Part shown: in pieces, positions 40,033 to 50,683 of the stretch | How positions within the stretch are numbered: the first letter of the stretch is position 1 | Layout of the letters: every line of letters begins with the position of its first letter | Assembly: GCA_964536725.1 (NCBI GenBank) | Contig: CAZHYJ010000006.1 | Coordinates: 482 to 64,481 of the forward strand | Direction of reading: 5' to 3' | DNA length: 64,000 nucleotides | From: an uncultured Gammaproteobacteria bacterium | GTDB taxonomy: Bacteria > Patescibacteriota > Patescibacteriia > Magasanikbacterales > GWA2-37-8 | Made by a program: the position numbers and the translations under genes | Notes under the pieces: model-generated | Told to the model about the DNA's origin: nothing | The model's input: only the letters and a program-made list of their open reading frames with translations | Database searches by the model: none

Positions 40033-41283
40033 TTACTTACTTCTTTTTTTGACCACAAATAATTTGTCTGATTTTTTAACCGGGTCTTCCAAACTAATTG
40101 TGACGACATCGCCCTTCTTGGCTGTTTTTTGCGGTTTACCATCGATGAACAAGCTTTTAACTTGTGTCCGCATTAGTCCGGTAGTTGGACCTGTAATTAT
40201 TATATCATCATTTAGCTTCAACCCACCAGAGTTTATAAAAAACTCCCCTACTTTAATTTTTGGAAAATAGTGGTTGGCAGTACCAACAAACTCCTTTTCT
40301 TCCGTGGCCTGCGAACCATATGCCCCACCCCATTCACCCAGCTTGTTTCCTAAATAATACCCACCCTCCCACAAACCGCGGTTGAAAACAGTTTTTAATT
40401 GTTCGTTCCATTGGGAAATTTTTTCCTTGTCATAACTACCGCCCAAAACACTAGCCACCGCTTCTTTGTATGCTTTGGTAACGGTAAAAACATAATCTGC
40501 TGAACGTCCGCGTCCTTCAATTTTTAGCACCGATACTCCGCTTTTAATAATCTGATCTAAAACCGTAATCGTTGATAAATCTTTTGGCGACATAATATAT
40601 TCATTGTCCACCACCAATTCCGCTCCCGTTTCCACATCCGTTACTTTGTACTTTCTACGACACACTTGGAAACAATCACCACGATTAGCTGAGTGGTTAT
40701 ACAACGCCAAACTCATCTGACATTTACCCGCGATTCCTACACACAACGCACCGTGTACAAACAATTCAAAGCCGATCGGCTTTTTGTTCGGTCCAACAAT
40801 TTTTTCTTTTCTGCTCTTGTTGATAATTTTTTTAATTTGTTCCAATGTCAACTCTCGTGCCAAAACAATCACTTCGGCATAACGAGCAAAAAACTTTACT
40901 GCTTCAAAATTAGAGACATTAGCTTGGGTAGAAATATGTACTTTTAGACCAATTGAGTGGGCATAGACAATTACCGCCATATCGCTAGCAATGACCGCGT
41001 CTATCCCCAATTTTTTGACTCGTACACAGATCTTTTTTACCTCCACAAGATCCGCATCGTACATCAAAGTGTTAAGCGCCAAATACGCTTTTACCTTGTT
41101 TTGATGGCAAATTTTAATAATCTTAGCCAAATCCGATAGCTGGAAATTAGCTGCTGCCCGGGCACGCATATTTAACTTCCCTATACCGAAATATACCGAA
41201 TTAGCACCAGCTTGGATGGCGGCGGTCAAAGTCTCAAATGACCCCGCTGGGGCCATGATTTCAATTTTTTGTTCAGTTTTCAT
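40033..41283 (-). CDS. peptidase U32 family protein (PrtC/YhbU-like)
   Basis: N-terminal U32 TIM-barrel signature (EIMAPAGS...AGANSVYFG) plus C-terminal extension. 416 aa. Confidence 0.85.
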   Translation of the reverse strand: MKTEQKIEIMAPAGSFETLTAAIQAGANSVYFGIGKLNMRARAAANFQLSDLAKIIKICHQNKVKAYLALNTLMYDADLVEVKKICVRVKKLGIDAVIASDMAVIVYAHSIGLKVHISTQANVSNFEAVKFFARYAEVIVLARELTLEQIKKIINKSRKEKIVGPNKKPIGFELFVHGALCVGIAGKCQMSLALYNHSANRGDCFQVCRRKYKVTDVETGAELVVDNEYIMSPKDLSTITVLDQIIKSGVSVLKIEGRGRSADYVFTVTKAYKEAVASVLGGSYDKEKISQWNEQLKTVFNRGLWEGGYYLGNKLGEWGGAYGSQATEEKEFVGTANHYFPKIKVGEFFINSGGLKLNDDIIITGPTTGLMRTQVKSLFIDGKPQKTAKKGDVVTISLEDPVKKSDKLFVVKKRSK

Positions 41284-41354
41284 GGCTCAATACTAACAAA
41301 AAACACACGGAAAAGCAACCGCGTGTTTAAAATACAAAATTTTTGGCAATAGTC

Positions 41355-41582
41355 CTAATTTGCAACAACCACACCGTCCAAATATTCCTTTTCGATAGTT
41401 ATAATAATTTCAGCCGTTTTAATAGCCTCACCATACCATTTCTTTATTGTTTCCTCGTTGTAAAAGGTAATGCCTTCAACTGTTAGTTTGTGTTTACCAT
41501 CGTCTTGAGAAAGCCCTTCACGAGAAGAAGAAATCCGAATCTTGAATAATTCCCTAGCCAATGTGATTATTTCTTTTTTCAT
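41355..41582 (-). CDS. small hypothetical protein
   Basis: 75-aa ORF followed by a hairpin at 41298-41333. Confidence 0.35.
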   Translation of the reverse strand: MKKEIITLARELFKIRISSSREGLSQDDGKHKLTVEGITFYNEETIKKWYGEAIKTAEIIITIEKEYLDGVVVAN

Positions 41583-41608
41583 ACATCAATTCTAAAACTC
41601 CGTAATTT

Positions 41609-42586
41609 TTACGGTTGTAAAATATCTTCCGTCCTACCGTCAATAGAAATTACCACACTTTGAACAGTGGGAAACTGTTTGAGTGTTTGAGTAATTTCCG
41701 CATAGATCGAAGCAACGCGGCACGAACCACCGACTTGTTGTTCAAGATTTTTGTTTAGATCAACTTTGGCCACGCCATTTTCGATAGTCAATTTCTGAAT
41801 CTTAACACCCGCTGGTATACTGGTGGAATAGCCATCAGTTTTCTCTTGTGCTGTTGGTCCTTTGAACAACTCCTCCAACGCGGCCCTAGCAACAGCGGTG
41901 GTCTGAGTAATTGTTCGTGTTGTTCTAAAGACCTTGGAACAATCAGTCATGTTTGGGTCGAGTTTGTTGTTAGGGAAAAAGACAGAAACATTCATCTGAG
42001 TATTTGCGCTACCCATAATTTTAATTTGTACCGAATAGGTTTCACTGCGTGCCGGGTCGCCACTTGGGTTTTCATTAGAGAATACCAACTTTACTAACTT
42101 GCCTTCCACAGCATCAAAACCAACTATCTTGCTGGTGTCAAAAATCAAAACTGTCTGGAAATTTGTAGGTAATTTCATCCAATCAGAGGTTGCTTGCAAT
42201 ATCCCTGAAGCAAGAATATTATTTCCGTCCACCAATTTTACTGTACCGACTTGTCCTTCAAATCCAACCCAATTGTTTTTACCTGTTACTTGGCCGGTTA
42301 CGCTTAAAGGGGAAGTCGCAATCGTATTTAACTTCGGTGAATAGACAATGATCCCCATATCAACTATATCGTTCTGTTTGGTTAGTGGAGTAGAAGTAGG
42401 TATTACCACAGAGGCCCCGCACCCAGTTGTTGGAGCAACCGATGAAGGGTTGCCGTGTTTCACCCACTGTCCTTCTTGGCAAAGCCATGTATCTTCAGGG
42501 GTTAAAAGTCGCAAGCCTAAAACAGCGACCAAACCAAGAGCTAGCACGACAATTATACTCGTTAATATTTTAGTTGTTGTTCCCAT
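41609..42586 (-). CDS. secreted protein with a C-terminal GerMN-like domain
   Basis: N-terminal TM/signal. C-terminal ~90 aa match the GerMN pattern (V.L...GG...L..TL.QFP.V..V.I..DG). Confidence 0.55.
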   Translation of the reverse strand: MGTTTKILTSIIVVLALGLVAVLGLRLLTPEDTWLCQEGQWVKHGNPSSVAPTTGCGASVVIPTSTPLTKQNDIVDMGIIVYSPKLNTIATSPLSVTGQVTGKNNWVGFEGQVGTVKLVDGNNILASGILQATSDWMKLPTNFQTVLIFDTSKIVGFDAVEGKLVKLVFSNENPSGDPARSETYSVQIKIMGSANTQMNVSVFFPNNKLDPNMTDCSKVFRTTRTITQTTAVARAALEELFKGPTAQEKTDGYSTSIPAGVKIQKLTIENGVAKVDLNKNLEQQVGGSCRVASIYAEITQTLKQFPTVQSVVISIDGRTEDILQP

Positions 42587-42612
42587 ATATTTGTTAAATT
42601 ATGATTTAAAAT

Positions 42613-43131
42613 TTATTTTTGCACCCACACACTAGCCGAACCACCACCATCACAAGTAATATTAAACTTACCGACTTTTTGGATAGTTACAATAGCGTAA
42701 TCGTAGGCGGCAAGCTGATATGATTTTGTACCAATACTAATTTTATGACTAATATTATCACGGTTATCAATCATAAATTTAGTTCCCACTTTCATAGTGA
42801 GTGTTCCTGGATTTCCTGAACAGTTTGAAAACTGGAAACGGTAACCACTTTTTCCATAAACACCAACGGTAGCTCCATAATCTTTGGTTGCGACGGTTAT
42901 CGTTGTGCCGGTCTCTGTTTTAACAGTTTCCATCCCTTGTCCGATAATAGCCGACACAGCCATTTCATCACTCCCCTCATCAATAATCGGTGTGCCAGTG
43001 ACAAAGGTTGGCAGGTTAGCATCGGCGATAGCTTTGTTTTTGACATGCCACATCGCATATCCGACTCCAACTATCAACACAACCCCGGCCGCGATAATTA
43101 AAGTTAGGTCTTTTTTAGTCATATGATGCAT
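42613..43131 (-). CDS. membrane-anchored hypothetical protein
   Basis: N-terminal TM (LTLIIAAGVVLIVGVGYAMW). No family recognised. Confidence 0.45.
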   Translation of the reverse strand: MHHMTKKDLTLIIAAGVVLIVGVGYAMWHVKNKAIADANLPTFVTGTPIIDEGSDEMAVSAIIGQGMETVKTETGTTITVATKDYGATVGVYGKSGYRFQFSNCSGNPGTLTMKVGTKFMIDNRDNISHKISIGTKSYQLAAYDYAIVTIQKVGKFNITCDGGGSASVWVQK

Positions 43132-43145
43132 AATTTAGATTAAAA

Positions 43146-43592
43146 TTAATTAACGATTTTAAATGTTTTTATAATATCTTTAACTTCCGCCATTCTAGCG
43201 ACAATTATATCATTGACCAGGGCACCATTTGCTTGGGCGAAACCAAAAATATATTGGCTGTTTTCTCCTAAATAAGTTGGCGTTGGCCCTTCTTCCGATT
43301 TAATTTTCTGCCACTGACTCTTTGAATACATGCCAATATTGAACAAAGAATCCTGAGTAGAAAAACCAAAATCAATAGAATCACTAGTACCAATTGTTCC
43401 CCAATCTAATATCCTGTTTTTTGTAGTGTAACCTTTCCAAGTATTGGGAAATTCCAAAGAAAATCCGTACTCGGTATTTTTGTAGGCTATCTCTGTGCTT
43501 GTCGGATTGTTGTCAGTAGTCGTGACCGTTGTAGAAGTAGGGGCAATAATATTAGAATTTTGACTAGCACACCCTGCGCTAACAACTAACAA
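43146..43592 (-). CDS. hypothetical lipoprotein-like protein (start uncertain)
   Basis: VSAGC lipobox-like motif near the N-terminus. The open frame continues upstream without a canonical start. Confidence 0.4.
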   Translation of the reverse strand: MLVVSAGCASQNSNIIAPTSTTVTTTDNNPTSTEIAYKNTEYGFSLEFPNTWKGYTTKNRILDWGTIGTSDSIDFGFSTQDSLFNIGMYSKSQWQKIKSEEGPTPTYLGENSQYIFGFAQANGALVNDIIVARMAEVKDIIKTFKIVN

Positions 43593-43665
43593 AGGAACAG
43601 TGAAGGCGAATAAAATTAAGGTTTTTTTAGTTATATATTTTGTTGGTTGATAAACTAATTATAAA

Positions 43666-44865
43666 TTATTTCAATACAATGTTGTCCAATTTCTTAATCA
43701 ACAGACCCCTGCCCTTCTCGAGCCACACAGCCTCACCCCTATTTTCCATCTCCAAAATATAATCAGAAACTAAACTATCATATTCTTCAGCAGAAGAAGT
43801 AAACGACAAATATCTTTCTAAAAAATCAAATTGGGTAGAAAGCCTCTTTTCTTTATCCTCAATTTGCAACCAAAGATTGTTTTTTGTTGCCCAAGCAATA
43901 AAGTCTGGGTCTGTTTTCTTACTCTCGATCATATCCAATAATTTGGTTTGTACCTCTGCCAAGGAAATATCAGAATATGTACTACTAGAAAGGATTGTTC
44001 TTAGTGTGCCAGAAGTACTATCTAGGTATTCTCGTAAATTTTCTGGTATATATTTTATATCCTGCACAATATAGGCTGGTCGCATAACCAATTGAATCTT
44101 GTCTGGATTGTTAGTAAGATCCATTTTGGACAACGCACCCAACAACATTTGGGCTTCAGAAAAAGATAAATCCGTGTTTACTGTTTTGTAAGTAATATAT
44201 TGTAAGGCCTTATCTATTGAAGAATTTTCCTTAGAAACAAAATTTAATAACAAGTATTTTAAAAAAGTAGAATGATTGTGCGCTCGTTGGGGCTCGCCGA
44301 TTGCATAAACATGGCGTTGTCGTAACCATTGTAGCGATTCGGTAGTAGGAAGCTTCAAATTGCGCAAAATACCCAATGTCTCAGAAAAACCTACTACCAC
44401 CAAATAATCAGCTCGTTCACCAAGAATTTTTTCAATTTGTTTTATTCCATAATCCAAACCACCCAAACCACAAGCATTTGAAACATAATAATCAGTAGAT
44501 GTTGTGCCTTTACCCGACGGTAATTGAGAGTACGTACCGCGGGGAACAGCGGTAATAACTACACCCTCCTTTACTTTGTCAATTGTAACCAACTGGATCA
44601 CATCACAATGTCCTTGGGTTTGGCCAGCCCTACTATCTAAACCAATCAGAAGAATCCTCGCTATCCCATCTTCGCCAAATGGATCAACCGCATTGTCAGC
44701 CTTAATTTTGTTTGTTTTGTGTGAGTCTATTACCTGTTTAACAACCTCACCCTGTGTATTTTTCATTGAAACAGTTTTATACAAAGACACAGCCTTAACC
44801 ACTCCCCAGGTACTAAGACTGCAGACAACTATCAGTAAAATTGTAATAATTATTTTTTTCTTCAT
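43666..44865 (-). CDS. LytR-CpsA-Psr (LCP) family protein
   Basis: N-terminal TM. LCP core ILLIGLDSR...D..and downstream conserved Arg/Asp region. Confidence 0.72.
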   Translation of the reverse strand: MKKKIIITILLIVVCSLSTWGVVKAVSLYKTVSMKNTQGEVVKQVIDSHKTNKIKADNAVDPFGEDGIARILLIGLDSRAGQTQGHCDVIQLVTIDKVKEGVVITAVPRGTYSQLPSGKGTTSTDYYVSNACGLGGLDYGIKQIEKILGERADYLVVVGFSETLGILRNLKLPTTESLQWLRQRHVYAIGEPQRAHNHSTFLKYLLLNFVSKENSSIDKALQYITYKTVNTDLSFSEAQMLLGALSKMDLTNNPDKIQLVMRPAYIVQDIKYIPENLREYLDSTSGTLRTILSSSTYSDISLAEVQTKLLDMIESKKTDPDFIAWATKNNLWLQIEDKEKRLSTQFDFLERYLSFTSSAEEYDSLVSDYILEMENRGEAVWLEKGRGLLIKKLDNIVLK

Positions 44866-44903
44866 ATAAAACGGTGAGCTTATTCTGATTAAGCAGTAAT
44901 CAT

Positions 44904-45047
44904 TTAATTCTTTGCATCTTCTTCGGCCGCCACTTCTTCTTTTGCTTCTTCAACCCCTTCTTTTACTGCCGTGTGTGTCTCTTCTTTGACAGTTTCTTTT
45001 ACCTCTTTAACCAATTTGTCGTCTCCTGGATCTATTGTCATTTGCAT
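44904..45047 (-). CDS. small acidic K/E-rich protein (47 aa), speculative
   Basis: ORF MQMTIDPGDDKLVKEVKE... sits between the LCP gene and the ArsR gene on the same strand. Below the ORF-track cutoff. Confidence 0.25.
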   Translation of the reverse strand: MQMTIDPGDDKLVKEVKETVKEETHTAVKEGVEEAKEEVAAEEDAKN

Positions 45048-45069
45048 ATATTTTAGTTAGTTAATTAAT

Positions 45070-45435
45070 TTATTTAGCTCGTATCTTATAAGCTTGTTTA
45101 ATTGTTTTGAGAATGGCTGGAACGAATGGGTTGTCCTGCGCAATTTTGGGGAAAACTTTCTTTCCTTCTCGTTGCTTTTGTATCAAATTGGCTTGTACTA
45201 AAATTTTGATATGTTGCGATGCTAATGGTAAGGAGATGCCCAATATTTCTGCAATTGTGCCCACAGTAAGTTTTGGTTGTTCAACCAAAATACGAAAAAT
45301 CTGGTAACGATTAACATCGCTTAACACCTTGAATGTTTCCGCCATACGCCTATCCGTCTCACTGAGTATTTTACGATTTTTCTTAATTTCTACTTTACTT
45401 AACATAAAGATTATATTAGTTAAATAGTTAAACAC
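45070..45435 (-). CDS. ArsR-family HTH transcriptional regulator
   Basis: LSDVNRYQIFRIL...TVGTIAEILGISLPLASQHIKIL HTH pattern. Confidence 0.7.
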   Translation of the reverse strand: MFNYLTNIIFMLSKVEIKKNRKILSETDRRMAETFKVLSDVNRYQIFRILVEQPKLTVGTIAEILGISLPLASQHIKILVQANLIQKQREGKKVFPKIAQDNPFVPAILKTIKQAYKIRAK

Positions 45436-45657
45436 TTGTTTGATGGTTTAAGTATATAACATAACGATAAATAAGTCAATAGCCTGTAGTATTAAAAAAT
45501 ATAACGGGCTTTCATCGCCCGTTATATCTGTCGCTGCCAGGGCAGGCGCTTCGCTATTCGAAGTCGTCGCTTCACTCCTCCCACGAAAACCCAAGGTTTT
45601 CGTGAACTTTCCTTCACAAGTGAAAACTCACGTTTTCACCCTTTCCTTGTTCGAATG

Positions 45658-45729
45658 CTGCCAGGGCAGGATTCGAACCTGCGGTATCCACGTTAACAGC
45701 GTGGCGTTGTACCACTCAACTACCCGGCA
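45658..45729 (-). tRNA. tRNA-Asn (anticodon GTT)
   Basis: Acceptor TGCCGGG/CCTGGCA with discriminator G. Anticodon loop CUGUUAA. T-loop TTCGAAT. Confidence 0.85.
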
Positions 45730-45814
45730 AATTGATATATAAACAAAAACTCTCCTGTGTTGCAGGAGAGTTTGTTTAATCTTGAAAAAACAAAACCTAC
45801 TCGCAACACGGCGG

Positions 45815-45872
<58 letters not shown>

Positions 45873-45930
45873 CGAGTGAATTGCATACATTAATATCCTA
45901 TCACCTTCAAAAAAGGCTGTCAAATTGTTT

Positions 45931-46317
45931 TTACACTGTCTTATTACGACGTAAATAGCTCCAATGTAACCAGAACAACGGAATACCCACTACAATAAAA
46001 GAGATGCTTTGCACCAAATCACGTTGTTTTTGGGCAGTATTTTCATCTTTTTGTCTCTTTTCCATCTCTGCTTGCGATTTAGCACATTCTGCTGGATCTA
46101 GTTTTTTAACATTAACATCGGTAATGTTCGGATCACAAGCGGTAGCCGGGTAAGAGTAATACCCATAATCCGCCTTAGTAAAAACATACATTTTCAAAGT
46201 AATGTTTATAATATTTACCACTGAAAAAACAACCATCATTAAAGCCACGAAAGAAACCAAGTAAAAATATAAGTTCTTCAAAAATAGGAGCCTGCCTTCA
46301 ACGACACTTTGTTCCAT
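45931..46317 (-). CDS. small membrane protein, unknown function
   Basis: Two predicted TM segments. 128 aa. Confidence 0.45.
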   Translation of the reverse strand: MEQSVVEGRLLFLKNLYFYLVSFVALMMVVFSVVNIINITLKMYVFTKADYGYYSYPATACDPNITDVNVKKLDPAECAKSQAEMEKRQKDENTAQKQRDLVQSISFIVVGIPLFWLHWSYLRRNKTV

Positions 46318-46369
46318 ATTAGAAATGAATAAGAGAAATGAAAAAATGTTTTTTTCAGTTCCAAATAAA

Positions 46370-47347
46370 TTAATTTAACAAACCAATTTTTTTTCTCACC
46401 AATAACATTTTTTCTGCCGCAATTTTTTCTGCTTTTTTGGTTCCGGCCTGTAAAATTTTCATCGCCTCGGCATCGGTTATCTCATTAAACTTCTTCTGAA
46501 AGTCTGTTAGAAAGCCTACCACCACGTTGGCCAAACCTTTTTTGAAATCACCATAGCCACGACCAACGTATTCTTTCTCAATCTCTTTAACACTTCTACC
46601 TGACAACAATGAATAGATATTTAAAAGATTTTCTAGAGCTGGTTTATCTGCCCCACCTTTTACTTCTGAGCCAGAATCAGTCACTGCACGCATGATCTTT
46701 TTTTCTGCCACCTTTGGTTCGTCCAGCAAAGAAATATAGTTCGCCGCGGATGCAGCGCTCTTGCTCATCTTTTTGCTCGGATCGTCCAGCCCCAGAATAC
46801 GCGCGCCATCTTTTTTGATAAATGGCTTAGGCACTACAAAAGTTTCGCCATACAGACTATTAAATCGCAAAGCCAAATCCCGAGTTAGTTCAACGTGCTG
46901 TTTTTGATCCTCACCTACCGGCACCTCATCTGTATCATACAACAAAATATCGGCGGCCATTAAAACTGGGTAAGAAAATAGACCTAAATTAATATTTTCC
47001 GCATGTTGTTTGGCTTTGTCTTTAAACTGCGTCATTCTTTCCATTTCTCCCATTTTCGCAATGGTATTTAAAACCCACGCCAACTCGACGTGATCTTTAA
47101 CATCAGACTGGGGAAAGATCATAGATTTCTTCGAATCCACACCAAGCGCCAGATACGTCTTGGTAGCATTCAAGATATTTTGTCGCAAAACTTCCGGCTT
47201 TTGATAAATCGTTAAGGCGTGCAAATCCACAACACAAAAAATACATTCATTGTTTTTTTGTAACTCCACCCAGTTTTTAATTGCCCCTAAATAATTGCCT
47301 AAATGTAAATTGTTTGTAGGTTGAACACCGGAGAAAATTCGTGGCAT
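46370..47347 (-). CDS. trpS: tryptophanyl-tRNA synthetase
   Basis: HIGH-type motif (NLHLGNYLGA) and KMSKS. Start moved to the internal M (MPRIFSGVQPT). Confidence 0.93.
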   Translation of the reverse strand: MPRIFSGVQPTNNLHLGNYLGAIKNWVELQKNNECIFCVVDLHALTIYQKPEVLRQNILNATKTYLALGVDSKKSMIFPQSDVKDHVELAWVLNTIAKMGEMERMTQFKDKAKQHAENINLGLFSYPVLMAADILLYDTDEVPVGEDQKQHVELTRDLALRFNSLYGETFVVPKPFIKKDGARILGLDDPSKKMSKSAASAANYISLLDEPKVAEKKIMRAVTDSGSEVKGGADKPALENLLNIYSLLSGRSVKEIEKEYVGRGYGDFKKGLANVVVGFLTDFQKKFNEITDAEAMKILQAGTKKAEKIAAEKMLLVRKKIGLLN

Positions 47348-47442
47348 ATTTGCTAAAGTTATAACAACTAATACCCATTGTAACAAAACCCGTCCTTAAA
47401 TACAAGAAACCCCACTTTTGAGCGGGGTTTCTTTTTGAAGTT

Positions 47443-49518
47443 TTACTTTTGTTTACCTTCGATAATCTGCTTAGCCACGTTACTTGGAGTATCAGTATAA
47501 TGATCAAACTCCATAGAATAACTGGCACGACCCTGGGTCATCGAACGCAATGAAGTGGCATAGCCAAACATTGAAGCAAGTGGTGCAATTGCACGCACTA
47601 CTTTCATCTGACCACGATCACTCATTTCTTGAATTTGACCACGTTTGGAGTTCAAATCACCGATTACATCACCCATGTATGGCTCTGGAGTCACTACTTC
47701 AATCTTTTCAATTGGCTCCATGATAACTGGGTTGGCTTTCTTACAAGCTGCTACGAATGCCATTGAACCAGCGATTTTGAAGGACATTTCAGAGGAATCA
47801 ACTTCGTGGTAAGATCCATCGAAAACAGTAACTTTGATATCTACTACTGGATAACCAGCCTGGATACCACGAGTCAAAGTTTCTTTTACACCTTTTTCAA
47901 TAGCTGGAATAAATTCACGTGGAATAACACCACCTTTAACTTCGTCAACAAATTCGTAGCCTTTGCCTGGTTCTTGTGGCTCAACGCGAATCCAACAATG
48001 ACCATATTGACCACGACCACCAGACTGTTTAACATATTTTCCTTCTGCTTCGGCTGATTGACGGATAGTTTCTTTGTAGGCAACTTGTGGCGCACCAACA
48101 TTGGCTTCCACTTTAAACTCGCGACGCATACGGTCGACGATAATATCCAAGTGCAATTCACCCATACCCGCAATAATAGTCTGGAGGGTTTCTTTATCAG
48201 TGTGCACACGGAAGGTCGGGTCTTCTTCCACAAATTTCTGCAAAGCCATACCAATTTTTTCTTGGTCCGCTTTGGTTTTTGGTTCGATTGCCATCGAGAT
48301 AACTGGTTCAGCAAAAGTTGGACGTTCCAAGATGATCGGCTTGTCTTCATCACACAAAGTGTCACCAGTCATCACTTCTTTTAAACCAATGGCCGCAGCA
48401 ATTTCACCGGAAAAAACTTCGGTCACATCTTCGCGGTGATTGGCGTGCATACGCACAATACGACCAAGACGTTCGCGTGTTCCCTTACTAGAGTTAAATA
48501 TATAACTACCAGCTTTAACAACACCAGAATATACACGGAAGAAAATTAATTTTCCTACAAACGGATCAGTCGCCACTTTGAAAGCCAAAGCACAGAATGG
48601 GTCTGTATCGTTTGGATGTCTGACAACCTCTTCATCAGTCTCTGGGTTAGTGCCTTTCAAAGCTGGAACATCAGTTGGTGCTGGCAAATACCACACCACC
48701 GCATCCAACATTTGTTGCACACCCACGTTGGCCAAAGCTGAACCACAGATTACTGGATAAATCTTGGCGGCAATCACCATAGTGCGAATACCTGCTCGGA
48801 TTTCATCAATGGTCAACTCCTCGCCGTTCAAATATTTATTCATTAAAACATCGTTGGCTTCAGCCACTTTCTCTACCATTGTATGACGATATTCTGCCAC
48901 CTGTTCTTTCATGTCTTCTGGGATCGGAATTTCGATAATTTTTTCACCTCTCTCACCTTCGAATTTAAAAGCTTTATTCTCAATCAAATCAATCAAACCA
49001 GAGAAAGTACTATCTGCACCGATTGGCAACTGAATAGCCACGGCGTCCTTAGACAAACGCTCTTTGATCGAGGCAATACTCATGTAAAAATCAGCACCGA
49101 GCTTGTCCATTTTATTAATAAAACAAACACGAGGTACTTCGTATTTATCGGCTTGATGCCAAACAGTTTCAGATTGTGGTTCTACACCCTGAGAACCATC
49201 AAACACAGCCACTGCACCGTCCAATACACGCAAAGAACGCTCTACCTCAACGGTAAAGTCCACGTGACCTGGGGTATCGATAATGTTAATACGATGATCT
49301 TTCCAGAAACAGGTAGTCGCGGCGGAAGTAATAGTAATACCGCGTTCTTTTTCCTGTTCCATCCAATCCATTTCTGCCTCACCTTCATGCACCTCACCAA
49401 TTTTGTATTTTTTACCAGTGTAAAAAAGCACACGCTCAGTGGTGGTGGTTTTACCGGCATCAATGTGAGCCATGATACCGATATTACGAGTTTTTTCTAG
49501 GGTATATTCTCGAGGCAT
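47443..49518 (-). CDS. fusA: elongation factor G
   Basis: GTP-binding motifs [18 protein letters not shown]. Domains II-V. 691 aa. Confidence 0.96.
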   Translation of the reverse strand: MPREYTLEKTRNIGIMAHIDAGKTTTTERVLFYTGKKYKIGEVHEGEAEMDWMEQEKERGITITSAATTCFWKDHRINIIDTPGHVDFTVEVERSLRVLDGAVAVFDGSQGVEPQSETVWHQADKYEVPRVCFINKMDKLGADFYMSIASIKERLSKDAVAIQLPIGADSTFSGLIDLIENKAFKFEGERGEKIIEIPIPEDMKEQVAEYRHTMVEKVAEANDVLMNKYLNGEELTIDEIRAGIRTMVIAAKIYPVICGSALANVGVQQMLDAVVWYLPAPTDVPALKGTNPETDEEVVRHPNDTDPFCALAFKVATDPFVGKLIFFRVYSGVVKAGSYIFNSSKGTRERLGRIVRMHANHREDVTEVFSGEIAAAIGLKEVMTGDTLCDEDKPIILERPTFAEPVISMAIEPKTKADQEKIGMALQKFVEEDPTFRVHTDKETLQTIIAGMGELHLDIIVDRMRREFKVEANVGAPQVAYKETIRQSAEAEGKYVKQSGGRGQYGHCWIRVEPQEPGKGYEFVDEVKGGVIPREFIPAIEKGVKETLTRGIQAGYPVVDIKVTVFDGSYHEVDSSEMSFKIAGSMAFVAACKKANPVIMEPIEKIEVVTPEPYMGDVIGDLNSKRGQIQEMSDRGQMKVVRAIAPLASMFGYATSLRSMTQGRASYSMEFDHYTDTPSNVAKQIIEGKQK

Positions 49519-49527
49519 ATGTTTTAA

Positions 49528-50010
49528 TTATTTGGAAAAACGAGCAAAATGGGCAAAAGCTTTGTTCGCTTCAGCCATACGATGCATATCATCGCGCTTG
49601 CGTACAGCATCACCAGTGTTGTTGAATGCGTCCAAGAAAACGGTGGCCAAACGCAAATACATTGGCTGACCTTTTTTAGCACGAGCCGCATCAATGATCC
49701 AACGGAAAGCCAAAGCGTTCTGGCGTTCACCACGAACTGGCATTGGCACTTGATAGTTGGCACCACCGACACGACGAGAACGTACTTCAACCTGAGGTTG
49801 AACGTTGCGAATCGCATCATCAAAAATTTGTACTGGGGTTTTTTTAGCGTCAACACTCGCTTTTTCTAAAGCGGAGTAAACAATCGTTTGAGCAATAGTT
49901 TTCTTACCACCCATCATTACATAGTTGGTAAATTTGGCCAACATTGGGTTACCAAATCGTGGATCACCCTTTGGCGCTTCTTTGGAAATTTTTCTTGCAC
50001 CTCTACTCAT
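49528..50010 (-). CDS. rpsG: 30S ribosomal protein S7
   Basis: Conserved S7 sequence. Position in the str operon. Confidence 0.95.
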   Translation of the reverse strand: MSRGARKISKEAPKGDPRFGNPMLAKFTNYVMMGGKKTIAQTIVYSALEKASVDAKKTPVQIFDDAIRNVQPQVEVRSRRVGGANYQVPMPVRGERQNALAFRWIIDAARAKKGQPMYLRLATVFLDAFNNTGDAVRKRDDMHRMAEANKAFAHFARFSK

Positions 50011-50026
50011 ATAGTTTCAGTTAATA

Positions 50027-50464
50027 TTATTTCTTAACTACCTTCGCAGCTTTTGGTCGTTTTGAACCATACAAACTGCGTCCGCGTCGACGTGATTCGA
50101 TACCTTGGGAATCGTAAACACCGCGAACGATGTGGTAACGTACACCTGGCAAGTCTTTTACACGACCACCACGAATCAAAACGATAGAGTGCTCTTGTAA
50201 ATTGTGGCCTTCACCTGGGATGTAAGCAATAACTTCCATACCATTACTCAAACGTACTTTAGCAACCTTGCGCAAAGCGGAGTTTGGTTTTTTTGGAGTA
50301 GTAGTATACACCTTAGTACACACACCACGACGGAAACTACCGCCTTGGGTAATTATTTTCTTGCGGCGGTGCAAATTGTCTACTGTGAGTTGCAATGCCG
50401 GAGTTTTGGTCTTTGTGACCTTGTTGGTGCGACCCTTGCGGAGCACCTGGTTTAATGTAGGCAT
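50027..50464 (-). CDS. rpsL: 30S ribosomal protein S12
   Basis: PNSALRKV region and conserved C-terminus. First gene of the str operon. Confidence 0.95.
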   Translation of the reverse strand: MPTLNQVLRKGRTNKVTKTKTPALQLTVDNLHRRKKIITQGGSFRRGVCTKVYTTTPKKPNSALRKVAKVRLSNGMEVIAYIPGEGHNLQEHSIVLIRGGRVKDLPGVRYHIVRGVYDSQGIESRRRGRSLYGSKRPKAAKVVKK

Positions 50465-50683
50465 AAAATTTTTTTAATTAAAAAAGCTGACCTTTTATAA
50501 ATCAGCCACGATTTTTTAAGGTCTGGCCCTCTTTTAGATAAAGAAGACACAGCGTTCTGAGGATAAGTATATACAAACCGCGCCAAAATGTCAATATATT
50601 GTTATCCCCATGGCGATATTGCTAATATAGGTGATTATTTTACAAAAACAAGGTCTCCTGAACAGGCTTACCGCTCTTTAGTC

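Noticed and set aside
47277-47528. 83-aa minus-strand ORF spanning the fusA-trpS junction
   Set aside because: Overlaps the 3' end of fusA, the terminator hairpin and the trpS start. Spurious.
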